Shown here: positions 1 through 10,063 of the stretch, piece by piece | Layout: each line of letters opens with the position of its first letter | Numbering within the stretch: position 1 is the stretch's first letter | Origin: Squalus acanthias | Taxonomy: Eukaryota | Length of the DNA: 64,000 nucleotides | Direction of reading: 5' to 3' | Assembly: GCA_030390025.1 (NCBI GenBank) | Contig: JASTWF010000369.1 | Coordinates: 1-64,000 of the forward strand | Notes under the pieces: generated by a model | Databases searched by the model: none | What the model was told of the DNA's origin: nothing | The model's input: the letters and a program-made list of their open reading frames with translations, nothing else | Made by a program: the position numbers and the translations under genes

Positions 1-1475
1 AGTGAATATTAGAATTACAGCATTGTTGTGAAATATCAGAAATACAGACATGATATCACAGGTGCAGTCAGTGTGTAACTGTCAGACTTGCAGCAGTGCT
101 ATCACTGAGCAGCCACATGTAAATATTAGATGATAGCATTGATGTTCCAAGTACGTTCATTTTAAATATTAGTATTACAGCAATGCTATCAAAGTACAAT
201 CCCTGTCAATATCAGCATTACAGCAGTGATATCACAGGTACATATTATGTGGCAGATACGGAATATTCAGCATTGATATCGCATGTAGATTGGCTGGCCG
301 AATATCAGAATTACAGCACTATATCGCAGGAACAGACAATTTGTAATATCAGAATTAGAGCACTGATATCACAGGTACAGTTCGTGTGTAAATATCAGAC
401 TGACGGCACCGATATCACAGGTAAATGACTGTGGAGTTATAGAATTACAACACTGATATCACTGGTACAGACAATGTAATTAATATCAGAATTACAGCAC
501 TTTTAATCACAGATACAGTCAGTGTGTAAATATCAGAATTGCAGCATCTGATATCACAGTAAATATACTCACCGTGCGAATAACAGAATTACAGCAAAGA
601 TAACACAGGTACAGTTAGTGTCTATATTTCAGAATCGCGTCACTGATATCAGAGGTATATCCACCGTCCGAATATCAGAATTGCCGTACTGATATCAGAG
701 GCAGAATCAGTGTGTAAATATAAGAATTAAAGCACATGATATCACAGGTACTGTCACTGGCTGTATATCTGAATTACAACACTGATATCACATGTACAGT
801 TTTTGTGTATATATCAGAATTACAGAACTGATATCACAGGTACATTCAGTGAGTATATTCAGAATTACAGCAATGTTATCAGAGGTACATTCATGTAAAT
901 ATCAGAATTACAGCACTGATATCACAGGTACAGTCAGTGTGTAAATCTCAGAATGACAGCATGGATATCACATGTACAATCACTGTGTGACTATCAGATT
1001 TACAGCACTGATATAACAGATAAAGTCAGTTTGTAAATTTCCGAATTACAGCAGTGATATTACTGGTACATTCCTTCTGTAAATATCACCATTGCTGCAC
1101 TGATATCACAAGTACAGTTATTGTGTCACTATCAGAATTAAAGCATAGATATCACTGGAACAGTCAATGTGTATATATCAGAGCTACTGCACTGATATCA
1201 CATGTACAGTCAATGTTGAAATGTCAGAATTACAGCATTGATATCACATGTACAGTTAGAGTGTAATTATCAGAATTACAGCAAAGTTATCACAGTTAGA
1301 GTCATTGTGGAAATATCAGAATTACAGCAGCGATCTCACAGGTACAGTAACATTGTAAATATCACATTTAAAGCAATGAGTTCACAGATACAGTCAGGTT
1401 TAAGTATTAGAATTACAGCGCTGATATCACAGAAACAGTCAGTGTGTAAATATCACAATTACAGCAAAGATATCG
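1..1475. repeat. Degenerate tandem repeat (satellite/minisatellite), ~46-bp unit ATATCAGAATTACAGCACTGATATCACAGGTACAGTCAGTGTGTAA
   Basis: Unit recurs at 46-bp spacing (e.g. ATCAGAATTA at 901, CTCAGAATGA at 947) and runs off the left edge of the window. Confidence 0.92.
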
Positions 1476-1980
1476 CTTCCCGAACCTGTGGTTTACTCTG
1501 GGGTATGACTGCATTCTGGATAAAACTGTACAGAAATTCCTCCCTCTCCCTTTGTGTCGGATTGTCTCAAAATCGCACTCCAACTCAATGACTCTGAGCC
1601 GGAGAGATTCGAGATGGAGACATCTCCTGCAGACGTGTTCGCTCTGGACAGACTCGCTGTCCACAAACCCCCACACACTGCACTCCAGACACAGAACTTG
1701 CCTGCCATATCTTAATCTAGCCTTATTTTATTTACTTAATTAGTTAAAGTCTTTATTCAACGATTATATATAGTTATATTAATTAATTTGACTAGTTAAG
1801 CTATAAATTTAATACAGTACTTTGTAGTTTCCCGCACTTGGATAAAACCACTGTCATAGGTTAAAGAGAAAAGACAGAGAAAAAACCTTATCATTCACCA
1901 ACCGTTACTCAGTAACCTGCTGTCCTGTGACGTCACTCCTTGTTTTTTTTGAAATCGTCGAAGGTTCAGCCGCTGCTGAT
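1476..1980 (-). mobile_element. CR1 LINE 5' fragment (5'UTR and ORF1 N-terminal Cys/His motif plus coiled coil)
   Basis: Minus ORF MWGFVDSESVQSEHVCRRCLHLESLRLRVIELE resembles the CR1 ORF1 starts at 31583 and 46776. Confidence 0.7.
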
Positions 1981-1983
1981 ACA

Positions 1984-2198
1984 GCCTCCAATTAGTGAAA
2001 ATTAGCCCGAGATTGAGACAGCAAATGGGAGCTTAATATAATAATGAATATGAACAAAAAGCATCTTGAATCTATATACACTATGAGATCAGCTATCAGG
2101 GCCAGTAGACCGTCGCTGCCATGGCCACCAGCTAATGCGTGTTGCTTTTGCAGAGACCGTAACCTCAGTGGAGAGAATCAACATGGTACCTAAATTAT
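1984..2198 (-). pseudogene. GPR139/142-like GPCR pseudogene, truncated exon 2 (TM1 end to TM3 start)
   Basis: Acceptor ttttgcag at 2199-2201, then NLGTMLILS..GLCKS.T.*LVAMAA..LL...PICCLNL, which aligns with exon 2 at 23042; has frameshifts and stops and ends at the CR1. Confidence 0.8.
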
Positions 2199-3131
2199 CT
2201 GCAAAAAGGATGCAATGACATTACTAACTCTCCTTATTTTGAGAGGATGAACAGTCGACAGTTATTTTTATGACAATTCCTGCTCCCTTTATCTTGTTAC
2301 TCCAAAGCCTCTGTCGCTACTTTTAACCGAACTCGCAGGGCGGGAATCCCACGGAATGGCAGGAACGCTGGTTTTAGACCACGCCCAATATTACTCTCCA
2401 GTAGATTCATTGAGTCGTGTCTCAACTATTTAAAGCAATATATATGTCAAGCTGCCTTTAAACCAGAACACATTTGGGAAATTAGTTCCAACTTCTCATT
2501 TGGATTTTCATGGTTTGATGTTTGATGCGAATGTTTTCCTGCGATCAGTTTTCCAGAATAACAATAATTAAAAAAGGATCTGCTCACAAGTTAAGTAAAG
2601 TCTATCAATGATTTATATCATTAATGCCTTGTCTTACTAACGCCGAAGAAAGCAGAAGCAACCCAGATTTCATCTCCAGCGATACTTTACTGGGTAAAAT
2701 TCCGGAGGTTGGAGGTTCTTCCGATCGGCGGCCGTACCTTGCGCCGTTCAGACCATCTCTCCCGGCAGACCTCGGCAACTTATCCTAATGGAGAATTTCT
2801 ACTCTTCAATAATATTAACCAATCGGAAACAAGCTGCGATGCTAATATTTGGCTCCGACTGAAATTTGCAAGACTATCTACAAATGAGACAAAATCCCCA
2901 GAAACTGTAAATTTAAAACTTCAGAGCAATTTTTGCTGCCGTTCGGTTATTACATGAGGAAAATATAGGAACATTTGTGAATTCTTGTTGTTATTTATTT
3001 GCTGGTGGTAATTAATGTCTGCACATCAACCACGTCAAAACAAAGAGCTAATATTATTACACCGACAGCAGGAGCAGTGAAACAGTGGAATACTGCTAAA
3101 GGTGAATATTAACTGAATATAAGCGGCTTAC

Positions 3132-3204
3132 TCTGAACACCAAACTTTGCAAGAATAGGATAGTATGTGCTTTCTATCTGTATGATTATTACCGGTTGGT
3201 CTAT
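3132..3204 (-). pseudogene. GPCR exon 1 copy with start codon mutated ATG>ATA
   Basis: Translates (I)DQPVIIIQIESTYYPILAKFGVQ followed by a GTAAG donor at 3127-3131. Confidence 0.8.
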
Positions 3205-3740
3205 TTTCGGACACACTGCTTTCAAAATGATGTCCTTTTCAGACCTGAGAGGAAACTCAAGTGATAAAAGCGTTGTGTACAATTGGCATCAATTAAAGTA
3301 ATTTGAACAAACTGATTTTTGTGGGCGCTGGAGGATCTCTTCTGTTTCTCCTGGGTTCACAAAAATATAACAAAAAATGTCTTTTGCCTTTGCTGGAGTA
3401 GCCTCCGGGAAACTCTCTAAGAATTTTTGGTTTGGCTACCCGATCCGATATTGACACTTGGAGCAGACAAAGACTACAAGAAAATGGATCAAGACCGAGA
3501 CATCCCAAACAAATTGCTGAAATTAAATAGTGAGAGTAAACGTTGATTCCACTCAGGTTGTTACATTAACAAAATGACAGAAAATTGGGGACTTTTGAGT
3601 TATTTCGTTGATGCCGCTAATCAGTCTCTGCGAATCAAACATATCAAAACAAACAGATAATATCTTTACACCGACAGCAGGAACAGTGACACAGTGAAGC
3701 AGTGTTATAGATGAGCATTAGCTGATTATAAGCGGCTTAC

Positions 3741-3810
3741 CAGGTTCAACTGACTATTGCAAGAATCAGATAGTAAATGTTTTATACCTGTATGATCACC
3801 AGCTGTCCAT
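3741..3810 (-). pseudogene. Second, tandem GPCR exon 1 copy, frameshifted
   Basis: ATGGACAGCTGGTGATCATACAGG...CCTG|GTAAG; a 1-bp loss after ATG relative to the 24455 copy gives TGA at codon 5; TATAAA retained at 3882-3887. Confidence 0.8.
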
Positions 3811-5558
3811 ATTCGGAGAGAAGCGTCGTTGCCTGTAACTGTTATGGACAGGCAGATCTTTGCTTTCAAACTAAGGTCTTATTTATACCTGACAGAAACC
3901 TCAAGTGACACATGAGCATTGCACAATAATTCCCATTAGTTACAATCATTTGAACAAACACTGCTACTAATCAGAGCTATCTTGCAATGATTTTGCATTT
4001 TAAAAAGAGTAAGGACTCCAGAATATTATTGTCATCATACGTTTCTAACAAAATTATTTCAACATCTCCATTATTGCAGTCATGCTACAAGATTCCTGCA
4101 GATGAGGATTATTATTATGGATTCAAGCAATGCATTTGATGGAATAAATGCCGCAGATTTTGATGGATTAGCATTCTCTAGATCGTAGTTACTTCGAAGA
4201 ATGCTCTCCATCTTCTTTAATTTATGGCTATATATTATAAGTTATTTAAGTGGCCTTAATGCTACAGTTGGGATTGAAGAACATTCAGATACACACAGAA
4301 CTTGATATATTCGATTTAGAATACAGATATGCAGCAATGTTAGATTTCTGGAAGTATTAACAGACCTTGAGCAGAGGTAAAAGAGGGATTAACGGTTAAT
4401 TGGGCAGTTTGACCTTTCGAATGTCATGTGAGTCAACCACCTAAAACGCTTAGCCTGTGCAAGATCGTGACATTTCATTGGGAGAATTCCATTGTTTCTC
4501 TTGGCAGTGATGACATTAACTGTGCAGACTCTCAGGTCGTTTTAAAAAATAAACATCATATCATTTTTACGGGGCTTTATTGGTCTTTGTCCACGACCTT
4601 ATTGGAAATTCACGAAGCAGAAAGTAACTAGTTGTGTTTTGAAGAGACTGTTTATTTAGAATGTTAATAGACATGGATAACAATCGGTGGGTTTAATGTC
4701 TCTGATTGGAGAACGATTAAACTATCTTTTAATTGGAAGGAGGTAATATATTACAGACATTAAAATAATGCCTCACAAACTGTGAAGTCTGTCGAACTCC
4801 CTCTTTGTTGAATTGAAGTGATTCATTGAACACATCACGACTCAGGATTTCATGTCTTTATTTCTGACTGTAGATCTGAAGCTGCTGGACACAAAGGACA
4901 GAGCGATTAATGATTGGCCAGAGCAGAAGCGGAAATGATATCTCTTCTGACTTTATTTTAACTATAGGGCGGGAGAGTGAGTGACCCGCGTGCTTGGGAG
5001 AATCAGTGTGCAGGCTCCGCCGATTTTAACGGCCGGGAATAATTAGTCGCCGCCGCTGTGTTTCCTCCCTAAAACTGCCGGGGAAGTCGGTGGCAAGCTG
5101 CTGCCAGGCCGGTAAAACCACGTGGTAGGAAGGTGCAGCTTGGGCCTTCAAGAAACCGCTTCCTAACACAAGGTAAGTGGATGGACGGAGAACGTGCTCA
5201 GGGAAGGGATGAGCACAGGGTATGGGAAATTCACCCCAGTGATTCCGAAGAGGTCCTCGATGATGCCCGAAGAATCAGGGTGTGTAGACTAATTTCACAG
5301 AGCCAGAGTAGAAGTAGGAGTTTGGTGAACACGCCTGGGAGCCTGGTCATGCAAAGAGGCGACAACAGCTGATTAGGAACAACTTCACCTGAATAATTTC
5401 TAAACCCTAAACATTGGAGATTAGGGTGTATAGCTCTTTCTCGGCCGGCACGGAGAAGATGGGACTGCATGGCCTCCTTGTGATTTCTATGATTCTTATG
5501 CTTCTATGATGATTTACAGCCTACAATTATAGTGACCCCCCGTGAAAATAAATGAGAA

Positions 5559-5700
5559 TTCGTACAACACCAGGTTATAGTCCAACAGTTTTATTTGAAA
5601 TCACAAGCTTTCGGAGCGGCTGCTCCTTCGTCAGGTGAAGTGAAGAAACACATAATCGAGCAAGCATATATTGATAGAGAACAATGCATGAAAATAGTTT
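5559..5700 (-). mobile_element. Penelope-like pLTR fragment, same family as the arms of 34690-35500
   Basis: ACAACACCAGGTTATAGTCCAACAGTTTTATTTGAAATCACAAGCTTTCGG matches the start of the left arm at about 34703-34753. Confidence 0.8.
5601..5638 (-). ncRNA. Minimal type I hammerhead ribozyme motif
   Basis: TCAC-CTGACGA-A-GGAGC-AGCC-GCTCC-GAAAGCTT-GTGA: intact CUGANGA/GAAA core, paired helix II, helix I TCAC/GTGA, palindromic helix III. Confidence 0.8.
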
Positions 5701-5890
5701 GATCTAAATCACATTCTCACTGGTGACTCTTTAGGCGCCAGCACCATGTCGGAAGCCCATGTTATTTCTCCCAGACATTGGACCAATCTACTAATCAGTC
5801 ATAACAAATCATTTCAGTGGTAAACGTTAGCATTCAATTTCCTTCCTTCTATGGTTCACAACAACACGTTTCGCATAGCCAAGAGACAGT

Positions 5891-6490
5891 TGATGGTAGA
5901 GTATACGGAACAGAATTTTATTGATATACAGCACAGCGATCGACCTAACTGTATACAGAGAGAGCTTTCCGATTTCTGTATCTTTCGAGCTCTCCCGAAG
6001 AAACTCTTAAAAACCGTGCCCCTTTATACACCATATTATTCCTACGTGTAGTCATAGAGAAGACCTCATGATGTTTCTATTCCCAAATGCTTTAAAGACA
6101 GTCTATTTATTTAAAAGAGTTTTAGTTGCTTATTCACAAGCTATTTCCCTCAAGCAACACTTCCTGATGTAACTGTTCTTATCTTGTTGAAGAACAGGTT
6201 TTATAACTGCTATCTTCCTATACTAGAGCTAATAGATACCTGTGCCCATATTTAATCACCTAGCCCCTAAAGTTACGCGTTAATCAATCATGGCTGACGT
6301 CATTACTGTCACATATTTCCTTACACAAGCTCTTCACTCAGCAGAAAGAGAAACTCTGCATTCCCTCACACGAAGCTTCAAAGCCATCCTGTTTATCTTG
6401 GAAGAACTGCTGCTCCAACATACAAAGAAATTCGACTAATTAACCTTAACTCCCCAAGATATCCAACATGTACTCTCCAGGGATGTCCAA
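5891..6490 (-). mobile_element. Putative LTR (TG...CA), with partial copies at about 7890-7981 and 53650-53968
   Basis: Minus strand reads TGTTGGATATCTTGGGGAG near the 5' end and ends CCATCA, with TATAAA and AATAAA in order; purine-rich GTGGTGGA lies just upstream here and at 53970. Confidence 0.5.
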
Positions 6491-7517
6491 CGTTTCCACC
6501 ACTTATTATTTCTGATAGGGCAAGCTCATATAGTGAGGTTGACTGCGTTATTTATAATGCTAGGTTCACGGTAGCTGAACTATGTCTTAAACTGTCACCC
6601 ACGATTAATGATTTCCAAAAGTAGATGTTCCATTTTCAACCCCATAATTACATAATTTCATATACACCATCAGTCATTTAAAGTTCGGGTTTTTAAACTA
6701 CAAAAGTAATCAAAGATAATTGTTACCTTTACTACTTCTCAAACTTAATCTCCAACAGCCCCTGGCGATCCCTCGTGGGCATAGTTAATTTTTTTATATT
6801 ATTAGCATCACATATCTATCACAAGCCCTTTGCTCATCTAGAGGAAGTTTCATTTGGTTAATATTTCAGATCATGATTCAGACAAAGAAAGTCATAATAC
6901 ATTGCGCAGCACACTAGAGTGTACCGTATTATCAAGAAATGAGGTACTTAAAAACATATCCAGCTTTCCCATTTAATAGTATCCCATCTTGTAGATATCT
7001 CTGCTAGTATTATTTCCCAATATCTTGCAGTGATCCCAATTTAATTGTCAACTCAAAGGAATTCAACCATGAAATTTAGATATTCAAATTCTATGTCCCT
7101 CTTTAATTTAATTTCCATCACTCTGACAGGTACCTTTGCGTTTAACGCCATATTTCTTCATTAAAAAAGTTAGTTGCGCTATGGAGGCTTAAGTCAATAC
7201 CTTTTTAAAAGAAATCTCACATTCCTGGGACACATTAACCATTACATGTCTCACGGTTGTCAAGTACCTGAGGCATGTTTGAGACTCATTCTTCAGTGCA
7301 TGCATTACCATGCATTACCCATGCAAGTTGCCTCATGCACAACATATCAAATTTGCACACACACCGGTATTCCAATATCATACCATACTTGACATCGGAT
7401 ACAAGACATTTCTGGGCTTTTTAATTACCTTATCAAAGATCGGCGTTCTTTTCTCATCACCCCTGCAAGGTCCCAATATCGGATAGTGGCCAGGCTATCA
7501 AATACATTATTCCCACT

Positions 7518-7680
7518 AATACGATAGCAAAATACTGCAGATGCTGGAAATCCGAAATAACAACAGAAAACGCTGGAACAACTCAGCAGGCCAGGCAACA
7601 TCCGTGGAGAGAGAGTGTTCTCTCTCTCCACGGATGTTGCCTGGCCTGCTGAGCTTTTCCAGCGTTTTCTGTTGTTATTT
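7518..7680. mobile_element. Palindromic non-autonomous Penelope-derived insertion (hairpin)
   Basis: ~61-bp arms 7555-7615 and 7620-7680 with a 4-nt loop; arm matches the Penelope tail at 29003-29065; TSD TACATTATTC(C/T)CACT at 7503-7517 and 7681-7695. Confidence 0.8.
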
Positions 7681-10063
7681 TACATTATTCTCACTGTTCA
7701 AATTTAGGCAAATAAACAAACATCTCCAAGAGAAGCCCATCAATCAATGTTTCCACCTATGCTTTCCTGACTTTCAATAGAATGTACATCGATACCAAAT
7801 TGAAATCCTTTCAGGAATCTTGCCCATGTGATTCACGTTACTCAGGGATACACACACACATCTTTTCGCTATGCATGCCTCTCAGGATATTTCAAAACCA
7901 TCCTGTTTATCTTGAAATAACTGGTGCTCCAAGATGCAATGACGTTCGACTTTAACCCTTAACTCCCCAAGATGACCAACATCTCTCCATTATTTCCAAT
8001 ATTCACAATGCTTTTGTAAAACAAATATATGTTTTTACTTCCACCGTGCCCAGCTTTGGCGAATGCACTCTTCATTATTTAATGTCCGTCATTTTACTTT
8101 TCTGTAAAGTTCCTTCTGTGGCAGTAGGTTCAGAGGGGAATGGCTGATGCCTTGCAACAGGAGCCTCCTGGAAATGAAATGGCCTCATCGCAGCTGTGAA
8201 CCATGAGAGATCAGTTGGTGATTGCATCTCCAATATCAAAACAAGATCTGGAAAGTGAGCATATGAATGTAGTACGATTAGAAAAAGCAGATATAAAGGT
8301 GAGGAAGCCGGTGCCAATGGTCAAGGTGTTACACTAATAGCCTCTAAAATTGATATTACGTTAGCTAACAGGTTGCAGGCAATGTGCAATAATGCAGATG
8401 TATATAAGAATGAAAGACCTTGCATTTATATATCACCTTGCGCGACCCTGTGAAAGAATCTAGGATGGCAGCAGGGTCCAATGCCAATTCCAGGCACCTC
8501 CCAGACTCGTAAACCGCTTGAGATACGCACCAACCCAGGAATTTTCGGCACCCAATGTCTCCTTCAAAGGCAAGAGTGCCACCGACTGGGCCAAGGAGGC
8601 TCTCTAGAGTAAGATTGGTGCCAATTTGGGCCACTTGGTTGCTGAGGTCCAAACCAGGAAGAGCCTCTCTCCCCTGAACCAAACGAATCAGGGGGAAATA
8701 CCATTGAATGTTTGATCTGGGAACTAAGTTTGAGCTGGAAGTGAGTCACTCCCACCTCTGAATTTTAATGCTCTGAAAATGACTTAATAAAACTATACTG
8801 ACCCATTGAGTAGTTTTACTGGTGTACACTGGTCAGTTTCTTAGCAAATATTTTTTTTTGCCGTTAGAAACGTTTATAACCGTGCCGTCTGGTGCCTGTG
8901 CGGCTGAGAAAAGCTCAATTCGAAGACCATCCTGGAACGGACCCAATGGGCGGGAACTCGCCAGGCTCATTATTTCCATCTGGGGACGTGGTCAGCTTTG
9001 TGGGCGGGATCAACTTGATGCAAAATGACTTTTAAGCCAGCGTTAAAGATCGCGGAAATTTGGTTTAACGCTTGACGTAACTCACACTTGAGTTTCCACG
9101 AGCTTTTGCACTGTTTCAGATAATTTCACCCGGATTGCGCTGATAAAACAAGCAGAAACTCTACCCCTTTAAATTTAACTTAGTCGTGCTTTTCACTGAT
9201 AAGAAATTTCAGGCATAACTCTTTGCTGTATAAACAAAAGGGTGATTTATTATATGGCAGTAAAATACCGCCTTAGAATTAAATAAAATCCACAATTGAT
9301 ACAGGATTTGGAATTAATTTAACAACAGTAAAAAACTCATTAAATGGGTTCCCTTTTCTAAAAATAAAGGGCTGTCCCAGAATAACCTCTCAATGAAAGT
9401 TTTACCTCTACTCATGGTTGGCTCAGACTTGTGGTGGCCCTCAAAATATCTCGGTGCCCCCTCAGCTGGTCTCGAGCCAGGTTATGCAAGTTTATATCGT
9501 GAGTTTGTCGTCTCTTATTACAACCACGAGGTGTAACTCAGCGACCCCTTGTTGCTTCAGCCCGTCCAGAACCAAATTTGCCCATTTATATACAACTGAT
9601 GTAAATGTTATGTATTTTTACTCTACTAGCCCCTGGGTGTGTGCGAACTGTGCAATGTGACTCCGGGATCCCGTACTACTCCGGTTTACTGACGGTGAAC
9701 GGCACTGCTTCAATTTGTAACACGGACCCCGGATTCTCAAAGAGCAGCAGGGTCTCTCACGGTGGAATGACTAGGAGTGAAGAGTTCCAGATTGGACAGC
9801 TGGTGCGAACGGCCAGGAGCTCACGTTGGGTCCTCTTCAGCCTGCACAGTAACACACGTCCCAGTCCATGATCACAGCCCAAGAGCTCAGTGCAAGGAAC
9901 ACTTACAATTCACCAGCTCAACACTCGCAACCACACCATTTGTTGCCAAGCCCCTTTCCCAGTTCTGTGTTCTGCTGTGTCTCGAAGTTACTGCGTGAGA
10001 TGTGCAATATTCGCATAGCAGTGGACACATTCTCTCCGTACTCTGGCACATCAGTTTAGGAAC

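Noticed and set aside
1..1475. Repeat array as a CRISPR array, or its ORFs as genes
   Set aside because: No unique spacers, no cas genes, eukaryotic context; the ORFs are translations of the repeat.
9659..9736. Imperfect inverted repeat downstream of the TRIM pseudogene
   Set aside because: Short, mismatched stem with no supporting motif.
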